DNA of 64,000 bases from Candidatus Cloacimonadales bacterium. Its GTDB lineage: Bacteria; Cloacimonadota; Cloacimonadia; Cloacimonadales; JAIOQZ01. This document shows, one piece after another, positions 43,116-53,581 of this stretch. The notes under the pieces are model-generated. The model had not been told where the DNA came from. It saw only the letters and a list, made by a program, of their open reading frames with translations, and ran no database searches. Within the stretch, counting starts at the first letter, position 1. The number at the start of each line of letters is the position of its first letter. A program made the translations under genes and the position numbers. The DNA is taken from NCBI GenBank assembly GCA_963665815.1, contig OY762463.1, positions 800,001 through 864,000 on the forward strand, given 5' to 3'.

Positions 43116-45971
43116 ATGAAAAAGTTTCTACTTTTTTCAATTATATTGCTTTTAAGCAGCTTAACTTTGCTGGCAGTTCCAAATCATCCGTCAGTTATAA
43201 AAGAATTGCTTGAAAACGGGAAAAGAGATTATCAAGATCTCATACAGCAGGGAGAGCTGGATAGTCCGTCAAGACTTGAACGTGTACCTTATCAGGTTGG
43301 TGATACACAGTCATTCTGGAAATGGAATCTGTCTGTTATGCCTCCTACTAACGTTCTTGCACCAGCAACATGCCGGGCTGTAGGAGATCATTGTTACTTG
43401 TTTGTTGCTGATTCAGAATGGAATGTACATATGGATCAGACCGATGTTGATTCCATAATGACGTATCTTGAGGAAAAAACACTTAGGGACACTGTATATG
43501 GTGCAATTGAAATGGATACACTTCATTTCGGTCAGATTCCGGATGTTCATGACAACGATCCTAAACTCATTGTTTTCTACTCAGCATTACAAAATTTTAA
43601 CGGTTCATCATTTGACGGATATTTCAGTGTATACAACCAGATGACAGATGCTCAGGCACAGATGTACAATCAAAGATCCAACGAATGCGAAATGATTTAC
43701 ATGACATGTCATCCCCTTGATCCTTCAGCTCATATAAGGATTTCTGTTCTGTCTCATGAGCTGCAGCATCTTATTCACTGGGGAGCAGACAACGATGAAG
43801 AAACATGGGTAGATGAAGGTGTAGCTGAATATGCAATGCATTTGTTTGGCATGCCAGATCCCATAACTGATTTCAATCATACCCCTGATAACAGCCTAAC
43901 ATCCTGGGATCAGCATTTCAGTGATTATGTTCAGACATATTTGTTTATGGAATATCTTGCTGAAAACTTTGGTGGACCTTCCATAATGCACGATATAGTT
44001 CAGGAGCAACAGAATAGTATAACAGGGATTCAACAGGTATTGATAGATAGAGGATACATGATTCCTGTTCAAGCGGTATTTTCTAACTGGACTGTAGCGA
44101 ATTTCACAAACGATTATCAGGAAATTGATTTACCTGAATTTGACTGTTCTTATGTACATAACAGTCTCCCCGGATCAAATTCATCCACTGTTGAGGCATG
44201 GTCATGCAATTACATCAAACCTGTCTCAGATAGTGATATACTTTTCACATTCACAGCAAATCAAAACCTGGATATAGTTATAATTAAGAAAATGCTTGAT
44301 GGCACATACGCAACTGAACAGGGAATAATAAATTCTCAAACCGGCAGTATACTGGTAGCAAATCCTGATTCAGTAGACTTCATTGTTTTCGATGTAGTTA
44401 ACACAAATGACAGTCAGGTTTCTTATTCCTATACATTAGCAGAGGAAATTGCAGATGAACAGAGAAACTTCAATGTGTACAGCTATCAATCCAATAACTA
44501 TACACAGATATCTGCAACAAAGAGAGCTTCAGGAATGCATTGTAATGTATTTGTTGAAGATAATATCTGGCTGAACAGTGTAGACCAGACAGATGCTGAT
44601 CTTCTCAGAAGAGTGTTTGAAGACTCAACTTCAGCAGATCCGCAAGCTGGTATATATGATATCGATACTGCATTATTCGGTGTACCGTCAGATATTGATG
44701 CAAACGGAAAAGTAAACATTCTGGTTTATGATATTGATAATACTGAAATTAACGGTTACTTCTCCCCTATGGATTTGATGGACACTCCAAACAGCAATCA
44801 TATGGAGCTCTTGTACATTGATGACAATCCTCATCAGTCAGGCGTAAACAGCAGTTATTGCTTTTCAACTCTTACACATGAGTTTCAACATCTGATCCAC
44901 CATAATCATGACAATGACGAAGAGACTTGGGTAAATGAAGGACTCTCAGCACTTGCCCAGGACGTTTCGGGATGGATAAGTACAGGCTGGATGATGGCAT
45001 ATCTTATTGATCCGGATAACAACCTGACACAATGGGATGCAGGAGCAGATTACCCGCAAACCTTTATGTTCATGAGATACTTGTATGAACATTACAATCA
45101 GGATGGAAGAATAATAGAACATCTTGTAAATGCTCAGGACAATGGAATAGATGGAGTAAACTCAGCTCTGACAGCATCTGGATATCAGCAACCGGTTTCC
45201 GCTGTAGAAGTATACAATTCCTGGCTGATTGCAAATTACGTAAATGATGCAGACTTTGAGAATGGTAGATACAGCTATGAGACTTATCCTGTAGCATCAA
45301 GCATGTACCGGTTATCACATACAGGTGAATACAACACATATCCTGTGAATAACTACTCAGGCACTGTTAAAAATTGGGGAGTTGATTACATTGAATTCAC
45401 AAATCTCGATAATGATTTAAAAGTAATGTTCTTTGATACACCTGCAAGCTCAGATCATCATATACAGTTTATTCGTTTTGAAAATGACACACCAATCGAA
45501 GTGTTATATTTTGAACCTGATGATTCAGGTATAACTGAAATTGAAGTTTCATCTCACATCCCGGGAAATGATTCCACTATGTGCAATAAAATAGTAATGG
45601 TAATTTCCGAAACAAGTGATGGAACTGATGATACAGCTTATTCATTCTCTGCTGAATTGATAGCATTATCAGTAGATAACGATGTTCCCAAAAAAACAAA
45701 AAACAGACTAAAAGCCTATCCGAATCCTTTTAATCCTGAAGTGAACATTAGCTTCAGTATGGAGAAAGATGGGCATGCACAAATTGAAATCTACAATCTG
45801 AAGGGACAACATGTGAAAACTTTGTACTCAGATAATGCAGTCAAAGGGAATCATGAAATTCAATGGAATGGTAAAGACGACAATAACAATTCAGTATCTT
45901 CCGGTGTTTATTTCGTAAGAATGAAAACAGTAGATACAACCCTGAATCATAAAATAACATTGCTTAAGTAA
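43116..45971 (+). CDS. Secreted zinc metalloprotease with two tandem HExxH (M30-like) domains + CTD
   Basis: SHELQHLIH...WVDEG and THEFQHLIH...WVNEG in duplicated contexts; YPNPFNP CTD. Confidence 0.85.
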   Translation: MKKFLLFSIILLLSSLTLLAVPNHPSVIKELLENGKRDYQDLIQQGELDSPSRLERVPYQVGDTQSFWKWNLSVMPPTNVLAPATCRAVGDHCYLFVADSEWNVHMDQTDVDSIMTYLEEKTLRDTVYGAIEMDTLHFGQIPDVHDNDPKLIVFYSALQNFNGSSFDGYFSVYNQMTDAQAQMYNQRSNECEMIYMTCHPLDPSAHIRISVLSHELQHLIHWGADNDEETWVDEGVAEYAMHLFGMPDPITDFNHTPDNSLTSWDQHFSDYVQTYLFMEYLAENFGGPSIMHDIVQEQQNSITGIQQVLIDRGYMIPVQAVFSNWTVANFTNDYQEIDLPEFDCSYVHNSLPGSNSSTVEAWSCNYIKPVSDSDILFTFTANQNLDIVIIKKMLDGTYATEQGIINSQTGSILVANPDSVDFIVFDVVNTNDSQVSYSYTLAEEIADEQRNFNVYSYQSNNYTQISATKRASGMHCNVFVEDNIWLNSVDQTDADLLRRVFEDSTSADPQAGIYDIDTALFGVPSDIDANGKVNILVYDIDNTEINGYFSPMDLMDTPNSNHMELLYIDDNPHQSGVNSSYCFSTLTHEFQHLIHHNHDNDEETWVNEGLSALAQDVSGWISTGWMMAYLIDPDNNLTQWDAGADYPQTFMFMRYLYEHYNQDGRIIEHLVNAQDNGIDGVNSALTASGYQQPVSAVEVYNSWLIANYVNDADFENGRYSYETYPVASSMYRLSHTGEYNTYPVNNYSGTVKNWGVDYIEFTNLDNDLKVMFFDTPASSDHHIQFIRFENDTPIEVLYFEPDDSGITEIEVSSHIPGNDSTMCNKIVMVISETSDGTDDTAYSFSAELIALSVDNDVPKKTKNRLKAYPNPFNPEVNISFSMEKDGHAQIEIYNLKGQHVKTLYSDNAVKGNHEIQWNGKDDNNNSVSSGVYFVRMKTVDTTLNHKITLLK

Positions 45972-45996
45972 AATCAAAAGTTCCCTTTTGCATAAG

Positions 45997-46030
45997 ACAG
46001 GCTATTGATTTTTCTGCAATAGCCTGTTTT
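45997..46030 (+). terminator. Probable intrinsic terminator
   Basis: ACAGGCTATTG/CAATAGCCTGT stem followed by a short T-run. Confidence 0.65.
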
Positions 46031-46181
46031 CATATATAAATCTTCCCTGTATGTAATACATATTAACTACATTAGATATAAAAAAAGCCATATTAATGAA
46101 CAAATATTTTTGTTTAAGATGAATTGGTATTAAATTATTAATGATGATTTATTCATCCCAAAAAGTCACATGTGAGGAATT

Positions 46182-48059
46182 ATGCATATTATTACAGCTC
46201 TTGAAAACAGCAGTTTTATGAAAAAGTTAACCGATTCTGTGTCCTATTTTAAAGATGAAGTAAGTTTACACTCATTTAATGAAATTGATTCAATGGAAAC
46301 TTACAATGGAAACCAAGGTATTACTTTTATTGATTTCAGTAATTTTGAGATTCTCAATGAGGAACTACAATCTACATTCATCATTTTAGTTCTTCCTGAG
46401 AATGTTATAATTCCTGAACCTATATCCAAAATAAAGCGAAATTTTGATTCTGTAATAGATGATTCCATTTCCATAACATCACTTAAATCACTAATAGATA
46501 ATCATCTGAGATTCAGTTATATAAGAAAGAGCAAATCCATAAAAACATGGTTTGATACACTTCCAATTGGCTTATTCAGATTATGCCTTGAGCCAGACGA
46601 GAAGGTTGTTTATTTGAATAATAAGATTTTGTCAATGCTTGGATACACTTTTGAAGAGATACATAATCTGAAACTCTGTGATTTTTTTGATGATTCGGAG
46701 CTAAGAGAAAATCTCAGAGAGATAATATATAGAGATAAAAAAATCAGTAATGTCGAAATGGAAGTTAAGCGAAAGAATGGAAGTAGAACATGGGTTAAAT
46801 GGTCAGGTACTCTCAGAGAAATTGACCAGCAATTGTTTCTTGATGGTGCAGTTGAAAACATAGACGAACTGATTAGTCTGCGTAAGGAACACAAAGGACT
46901 TGAAGATCAGTTAAAAAGATCTCAAAAACTTGAAGCAATAGGTGTTTTAACTGGAGGTATAGCTCATGATTTCAATAATATTTTAACTCCAATAATGGCT
47001 TATTCTGAAATGGCAATGTACAAACTTTCTCCATCAAACATTATATACAAAGATTTGAAGGAAATAGAATACGCATCCAGGAAAGGGAAGAAATTGATTT
47101 CACAGCTAATGAGTTTCAGCAGGAAAACAGAAAGTGTAAAACAGGTTTCGCAATTGAAACCAATAATTAAGGAAGCGATAGACCTGATAAGAGCTTCAAT
47201 TCCCTCAAATATTGAGTTAATTACTCTTTTTGATCGTGATTGTGGATATGTTATGGCAGAACCCACAAAAATTCATCAGGTAATTGTCAATTTCTGCACA
47301 AATGCATCTCATGCAATTGATGGGCAAAATGGGAAAATCAGAATTAAACTTGAAAAAAAGAAGCTATTTGAAGATGACTTAGTTGCATTTGATAAACTGT
47401 TGAAAGGAGTTTACAATATTATAACCATAGAAGACTCGGGAAAAGGTATTCCTGCTGAACACCTCCAACATATTTTTGATCCATTTTATACAACTAAAAC
47501 AGAAGATAAAGGTACAGGACTTGGATTATCAGTAGCAAAACGAATAATTCATAATCATAATGGTGAAATTTCTGTTTCCAGCAACTTAAAAAAAGGTACA
47601 ACCTTTAAGATATTTCTACCTACAGTAAAGTATAAGGCTAAAAATGTGGAAAAAGACAATGATGTTCACTTTATGAAGGGAAATGGAGAAAATATTCTTG
47701 TAATTGATGATGATGTTTCAGTGACAAAAGCTCTAAGAAGAACATTGGAATTTATGGGATATCATGTGACTCAGTTAAATAACAGCTTCATTGCTCTTGA
47801 TAAACTCAAGTCTGCTGAGGTATCTTTTAAACTAGTAATTTCAGATTTTATGATGCCTGAACTGAATGGGATTCAACTTTCTCATGCAATAAGAGAATTT
47901 GATACTGATACTCCGATAATAATTTTAACAGGTAATGAAGAAAAGATAAACAATTCAGAATTGGAGAAGTGCAATATTTCTGATGTTATACGAAAACCTG
48001 TTTCGATTCAGGGCTTGTCAAATGCACTCTACAAAGCATTAACAAATAAAAAAAGATAA
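46182..48059 (+). CDS. Hybrid PAS sensor histidine kinase / receiver
   Basis: PAS; H-box GGIAHDFNN; N-box; DSGKGI; DPFYTTK; GTGLGL; C-terminal REC. Confidence 0.93.
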   Translation: MHIITALENSSFMKKLTDSVSYFKDEVSLHSFNEIDSMETYNGNQGITFIDFSNFEILNEELQSTFIILVLPENVIIPEPISKIKRNFDSVIDDSISITSLKSLIDNHLRFSYIRKSKSIKTWFDTLPIGLFRLCLEPDEKVVYLNNKILSMLGYTFEEIHNLKLCDFFDDSELRENLREIIYRDKKISNVEMEVKRKNGSRTWVKWSGTLREIDQQLFLDGAVENIDELISLRKEHKGLEDQLKRSQKLEAIGVLTGGIAHDFNNILTPIMAYSEMAMYKLSPSNIIYKDLKEIEYASRKGKKLISQLMSFSRKTESVKQVSQLKPIIKEAIDLIRASIPSNIELITLFDRDCGYVMAEPTKIHQVIVNFCTNASHAIDGQNGKIRIKLEKKKLFEDDLVAFDKLLKGVYNIITIEDSGKGIPAEHLQHIFDPFYTTKTEDKGTGLGLSVAKRIIHNHNGEISVSSNLKKGTTFKIFLPTVKYKAKNVEKDNDVHFMKGNGENILVIDDDVSVTKALRRTLEFMGYHVTQLNNSFIALDKLKSAEVSFKLVISDFMMPELNGIQLSHAIREFDTDTPIIILTGNEEKINNSELEKCNISDVIRKPVSIQGLSNALYKALTNKKR

Positions 48060-48068
48060 GTGTAAAAA

Positions 48069-50843
48069 ATGAAAAAGATACTATTAGCGCTTGATTATGA
48101 AACTTCTTTGCAAATTAAGAGTATCATTGAACCTCATTTTGATGATATACAACTCATTGATGATTATAATATATACAAGAAAACTGAGAAAGATCTTCCT
48201 GATATAATTATTACGGATGAGAATAGTATTAATAATATAGCTGAACTTTGTGAGCTTTCGACAGACACATATCAAGAAAATACTTTTCTGATCATTCTTA
48301 AAAATGTAAATGAGAATTTTGAGTCTCTCGAACTCAACAAGATACCTTTTGAATACAGTGTAATCAAATTCAATGCTATTGATGTTGTTTCCGAAATCAA
48401 ATCAATTTTTAAAAGTAAAAAGAGCATTTCAGACAATTTGAGAAAGAAATACGAACTTGGTAAAACTTTAACCTATCTTTCAGAGTCCTATAAAGACCTG
48501 TATCACTCCATGACAGATTTGCTTTTTGTAATAGCTCCGGATGGGAGCATACTGGATGTAAACAGCAGATCCTGCGAGGTTTTGTGGTATAATCGTGAAG
48601 AGTTGTTAGAAATGAATTTTTCTGATATACTTGATACAGAACTTCTGGACACAGATGAGAATTATTGGGATAATCTCGGGGCAATTAATGAAGTAAAAGA
48701 ATATGAAATTGTTTCAAAATTTGATAAGAAGATACCTGTAGAAATCAATACAACTCTCTTTTCATTTCGAGGAAAGAGAGCAATACTGAAAATAGCTAGA
48801 AATATAATTGATAGAAAAAGAATAGAGAGAGAAAGTCTGAGTAATATTTACAGACTTGAAACCTTCCTACATAATTCTCCGGATGCTTATGCAATATTTG
48901 ATTCAAATATGAAGTATGTGTTATGTAATATGAGTGAAATAAAATTACTGAATCCTTATTCCAAAGTGGTTTCTGAAGCAGACTGCAAAGAATGCAGTTT
49001 TAACTCAGATAGACTTGATTTCAGTTTGCTATCGGAATACAAAGATGTAATGAGGACTGGTATTCCTAAGAAGTTTGAACAGTCTTTTGTGCATCCTTTC
49101 AAGGGAACTGTCCACCTTCAGATAAAAGCATTCAGAATCGGCAATGAGCTTGGTCTTATTGCAACCGATAGTACAGAATTTATAACAGCGAAAAAAAAGT
49201 ATGAAGATTTCTTCAACTACTCTCAGGATCCTCTGATTATAATTTCACCTGAAAATTACAAAGTAATAGAAGCTAATCCTTCGGCATTTTCAGTTTTTAA
49301 AGCAAATAATGAAAATCCAATATTAGAACGTACTCTTTTAGAAATAACTCCCATTTTTCAACCAGATGGTAAAAGAACCAATAAACTTCTTTCCGAAATG
49401 TTTAAATATGCGCTAAAATTCGGAAGCATTTATTTTGATCTGCAAATGATTAGAATGGATCAATCAAAATTCTACGCAACCTTAATGCTAAGCAAAGTGA
49501 TTCATGATGAAAAGATTCTGGTGCAGGCAACGGTAAGAGATGTAACGGCAAGAAAAAGGGTTCAGGATGAGTTAAAGAAACTCAGTACAGTCATTGAGCA
49601 AAGTCCAGTATCTGTATTGATTACAGATTCAAAAGGGCTAATCGAATATGTGAATCCCAAATTTTGCGAGATAACCGGTTATAACATAAATGATGCTTTA
49701 GGAAAAAACCCCAGTATTTTACAATCAGGAAAAACTTCGGAAGAAACATATATTGAACTTTGGAATACAATAAACAATGGAAATGTATGGAAAGGAGAGT
49801 TACTGAATAAGAAAAAGAATGGGGAACTATATTGGGAAGATGTTGTAATCTCCCCTGTTCTAGATGGAAATCATAAAATAACTAATTTTCTGGCAATGAA
49901 AGAAGATATTACAAAGCGAAAAAAATATCAATCAGAAAAGAAAGATCTTGAGCAGCAGCTTAACCAGGCTCTTCGCTTAGAATCAATTGGTACTCTTGCC
50001 GCAGGAATAGCTCATGAAATCAACACACCAATTCAATTTATTGGTAATAACACAGGGTTTGTTTCCAAAGCAATGAAAAGAATTTTCAATCTGATTGAAA
50101 AATATCACAATGTTTTATTGAATCAATCCGATTGCATTAAACCCACAGAAATTCTTGAAATGTATAAGCAAATTGATAAAAATTTCAAACTGCAATTCAT
50201 GCAAAAAGAAGTACCGGAAGCAATTTCAGAAACACTTGAAGGAGTCAACAGAGTTGCTAAAATTGTACAGGCAATGAAAAATTTCTCTCATATGGGTTCC
50301 GAGGAAGAGCAACTTGAAAACATTAATGATGCAATTGAAAGTACAGTTATTATTTCTAAGAATGAATGGAAGTATGTTGCTGATGTTAAAACAGAATTAG
50401 AACCTGATCTCCCTAAAGTGAAATGTGTCATAGGTGATATTAAACAAGTTTTATTGAACTTGATTGTTAACTCATCTCATGCAATAAAAGATAAGGTTGA
50501 TGGTGGTATCATAACTAAAGGATTGATAAAGATTAAAACATTTTCAGATAGTGACTCTGTAAATATTATTATATCAGATAATGGTACAGGTATCCCTGAA
50601 CATATACAGAATAGAATTTATGAACCCTTCTTTACAACAAAGGAAGTAGGAAGAGGAACAGGGCAAGGACTTTCAATTGCATATCAATCAATTGTTGAAA
50701 GGCATAAAGGAGAATTATCCTTCAATTCTGTTACAGGAGAAGGAACAGAGTTTATTATCAAGCTCTATATTGATGGCTCAGACAACCAGCTAAACCACAC
50801 ATTAAAACTATATGAGAAACTTGAATGGAGTGATAATGATTAA
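48069..50843 (+). CDS. Multi-PAS sensor histidine kinase
   Basis: Several PAS/PAC domains; AGIAHEINTP; NLIVNS; DNGTGI; EPFFTTKEVGRGTGQGL. Confidence 0.93.
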   Translation: MKKILLALDYETSLQIKSIIEPHFDDIQLIDDYNIYKKTEKDLPDIIITDENSINNIAELCELSTDTYQENTFLIILKNVNENFESLELNKIPFEYSVIKFNAIDVVSEIKSIFKSKKSISDNLRKKYELGKTLTYLSESYKDLYHSMTDLLFVIAPDGSILDVNSRSCEVLWYNREELLEMNFSDILDTELLDTDENYWDNLGAINEVKEYEIVSKFDKKIPVEINTTLFSFRGKRAILKIARNIIDRKRIERESLSNIYRLETFLHNSPDAYAIFDSNMKYVLCNMSEIKLLNPYSKVVSEADCKECSFNSDRLDFSLLSEYKDVMRTGIPKKFEQSFVHPFKGTVHLQIKAFRIGNELGLIATDSTEFITAKKKYEDFFNYSQDPLIIISPENYKVIEANPSAFSVFKANNENPILERTLLEITPIFQPDGKRTNKLLSEMFKYALKFGSIYFDLQMIRMDQSKFYATLMLSKVIHDEKILVQATVRDVTARKRVQDELKKLSTVIEQSPVSVLITDSKGLIEYVNPKFCEITGYNINDALGKNPSILQSGKTSEETYIELWNTINNGNVWKGELLNKKKNGELYWEDVVISPVLDGNHKITNFLAMKEDITKRKKYQSEKKDLEQQLNQALRLESIGTLAAGIAHEINTPIQFIGNNTGFVSKAMKRIFNLIEKYHNVLLNQSDCIKPTEILEMYKQIDKNFKLQFMQKEVPEAISETLEGVNRVAKIVQAMKNFSHMGSEEEQLENINDAIESTVIISKNEWKYVADVKTELEPDLPKVKCVIGDIKQVLLNLIVNSSHAIKDKVDGGIITKGLIKIKTFSDSDSVNIIISDNGTGIPEHIQNRIYEPFFTTKEVGRGTGQGLSIAYQSIVERHKGELSFNSVTGEGTEFIIKLYIDGSDNQLNHTLKLYEKLEWSDND

Positions 50844-52065
50844 CTCAGGAAGAAATTTGAAAGTAATATTTGTTGACGATGATCTGGCAATGCTTGAATC
50901 CACAAAGAGATTGTTCTTTGATATGGACGAGTGGGATATGGAGTTCTACGAATCCGGTGCAGAAGTAGTGAAAAGAATAAAAGAAGAATTCATAGACATT
51001 GTTGTAAGCGATATGAGAATGCCAGAGATGAATGGTGCTGAACTTCTTGATATTGTAAAGAACTTATCTCCCGGTACAATCCGAATAATCTTGTCCGGTT
51101 ATTCGGACAAAGAAATGATTTTGAAGACTGTATACTCTGCTGATCAGTTTATTGCAAAACCTTGCAAACCGGAAACTTTGAAAAAAGCGATAACAAGAAC
51201 AAGAATGACAATTGAGAATGTCTCCCCCGAGGCAATGAAAGAAATTGGTAAAATAACTCGGAAAATACCTACCCTGCCAGATATATACATTGAACTGGAA
51301 AAAAGGGTGAAAAAAGATACATGTTCTATGAAAGATATAGCATGTTTAATTAAGAAAGATATTGGGATAACAGCAAAAATTTTTCAAGTAGTAAACTCAG
51401 CTTTTTTTGGGCACTCTGTTAGAATTAACAATATTGAAATGGCAGTTTCCCATCTCGGTATTGAAACACTTCAATCAATTTTACTTGCCGAAAAGATCTT
51501 TAGAACTTTTTCAAAAAAAGACATTAGTGATTTCGATATTGTAGAAATTTATCAACATTGCTTTCTAGTGAGTATGCTATCTAAAAAAATCACTTCCAGT
51601 CTGACCGACAATGACCATTTAATAAACATATCTTCAATAGCAGGAATGTTGCATGATATTGGAAAACTTTTACTGATAAAAAACAAGCGTGATTATTACT
51701 TTTCTTTGTTTAAACAAGCAAAAACTGAAAATGTTCCATTAATTGTTAAGGAAAAAGAGTTACTGGGTTTTACACATGCAGATATCGGATCCTATTTAGC
51801 AAAAAGATGGGGGCTGGATGAAGAGATATATCATGCATTACTATACCATCACAATCCCCACCACGCCATTACTAAAGAGAAACCAGTAACAATGGCTGTT
51901 TACATGGCAAATTTATTGAGCTATTATGAATATGATAAAATAGACAAATCACATGATTTCGATAAAGGTTTTTTGACAAAACTTGATTTGTTCAAGTATC
52001 TACCGGAATGGAATGATGTTTCCAGAGAAATGAAAGAAATACTTGCCCGAGGTGAAGTATTGTAA
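50836..52065 (+). CDS. Response regulator with HDOD output domain
   Basis: REC (FVDDD, SDMRMP, KP) + PTLP..Y, VVNSAFFG, GMLHDIGK, HADIG.YL..RWGL; GGAG RBS before ATG 50836. Confidence 0.9.
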   Translation: MINSGRNLKVIFVDDDLAMLESTKRLFFDMDEWDMEFYESGAEVVKRIKEEFIDIVVSDMRMPEMNGAELLDIVKNLSPGTIRIILSGYSDKEMILKTVYSADQFIAKPCKPETLKKAITRTRMTIENVSPEAMKEIGKITRKIPTLPDIYIELEKRVKKDTCSMKDIACLIKKDIGITAKIFQVVNSAFFGHSVRINNIEMAVSHLGIETLQSILLAEKIFRTFSKKDISDFDIVEIYQHCFLVSMLSKKITSSLTDNDHLINISSIAGMLHDIGKLLLIKNKRDYYFSLFKQAKTENVPLIVKEKELLGFTHADIGSYLAKRWGLDEEIYHALLYHHNPHHAITKEKPVTMAVYMANLLSYYEYDKIDKSHDFDKGFLTKLDLFKYLPEWNDVSREMKEILARGEVL

Positions 52066-52077
52066 GCAGGAGAGATA

Positions 52078-53241
52078 ATGGAATTTGAGAACAGGAAAGT
52101 TCTTTTTGTTGATGATGATCCAAATATACTTAGAGCACTGAAAAGAGATTTGTGGGGAGAATTCAATGTCTTAACAGCTGTTGGAGCATTAGAAGGTTTA
52201 AAAGTTTTAGCAAATGAAAGTCCTGTTGAAGTCGTTGTATCAGATATGACTATGCCAGTGATGAATGGTTTGATTTTCCTCAGAAGAGTTCAGAATGAAT
52301 ATCCCAACTGTATAAGAGTTGTTCTTACAGGTAATGCTGATCTTGATATTGCCGTAAAAGCTGTTAATCAGGGACAAGTATTCAAGTATCTTCAAAAACC
52401 AAGCAATACGGAAAACATAATCAATGTAATCAAAGAAAGCATTGAGAAATACGACCAGAATAAGGCAGAAAAGCAACTTCTTGAAAGTACATTTCAATCA
52501 ACAATTAATGTCCTGATAGATATAATGGCTTTAATCAATCCTGTTTCTTTCAGTAGAACAAACAGAATAAAGTACTTTGTGACTAAATTGGTTAATTTTC
52601 TTAAGCTCCCAAATGCATGGCAATATGAAGTTGCAGCAATGCTGTCCCAGATTGGCAGTGTGACTGTCCCTCCTGAAATTATGGAAAAACTGTATTCAAT
52701 TGAGGAGTTCACTGAAGCAGAAAGCAAAATGCTTAGAAGTATTCCAGAAACAGGATATAATCTAATATCAAAAATTCCTAGAATGAATACTATTGCGTTG
52801 ATTATTGCGAATCAAATGCTTGAATACAAAGCAGATGAGGATCGTATTGAAGATATAACTACTCCTGAGATTATTGGAGGTTATATACTGAGGATTTCAT
52901 ATGATTTTGATTCCTTCCTATCAAAGTGTTTTACACATAGAGAAGCATATTTAGAATTAGAAAGAAACAAAAATGTTTATCATCCCGTACTACTTGATCT
53001 GATTAAGAAAATCAAACCCCCAGAAATGCAAAAAAAGAAAACCATGGTTGCAATCAGGAAACTCATGGTCGGAATGATTCTTGAAAATGATGTAAAAACT
53101 AAACACGGGGTTCTCTTAGCAAAAAAAGGACAAAAAATCTCTTCAACTATGAAAACAATGTTTGAAAATAGATTAACTCATGATGATATTCCGGAAAAAA
53201 TCATGGTTTCTATACATAAAAAAATAAGTATGCATTTTTGA
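52078..53241 (+). CDS. Response regulator with a degenerate HD-GYP-like output domain
   Basis: REC (FVDDD, SDMTMP) followed by AAMLSQIG in place of LHDIG; no GYP motif. Confidence 0.8.
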   Translation: MEFENRKVLFVDDDPNILRALKRDLWGEFNVLTAVGALEGLKVLANESPVEVVVSDMTMPVMNGLIFLRRVQNEYPNCIRVVLTGNADLDIAVKAVNQGQVFKYLQKPSNTENIINVIKESIEKYDQNKAEKQLLESTFQSTINVLIDIMALINPVSFSRTNRIKYFVTKLVNFLKLPNAWQYEVAAMLSQIGSVTVPPEIMEKLYSIEEFTEAESKMLRSIPETGYNLISKIPRMNTIALIIANQMLEYKADEDRIEDITTPEIIGGYILRISYDFDSFLSKCFTHREAYLELERNKNVYHPVLLDLIKKIKPPEMQKKKTMVAIRKLMVGMILENDVKTKHGVLLAKKGQKISSTMKTMFENRLTHDDIPEKIMVSIHKKISMHF

Positions 53242-53266
53242 GTTATAAGGGTATGTCTGTTATTTT

Positions 53267-53581
53267 CTATTTCATCAAAACCATTTTTCCTGTTTCAGAA
53301 TAATCCGGTGTCTGCAATTTATAGAAATATACTCCGGAACTAACGGAATTTCCTGTATCGTCTTTTCCACTCCACCTCACAGAATGTTGTCCGGAAGGAT
53401 TAATCTTCCCGTCTATGAGAGTAATTACTTTCTGACCTTTAATATTGTAAACTGTGAGATTAACTTCAACTTCTTCATTTGAATGTCCCTTTAGTGAGAA
53501 CTCTATAGATGTTTCAGGATTGAATGGGTTTGGATAGTTACCCTTTACATTGGTTACTTCTGTATATCTGTTTACATCTGA
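53267..53581. repeat. ~315-bp direct repeat (CTD coding), second copy at 55108-55422
   Basis: About four mismatches by eye. Confidence 0.9.
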
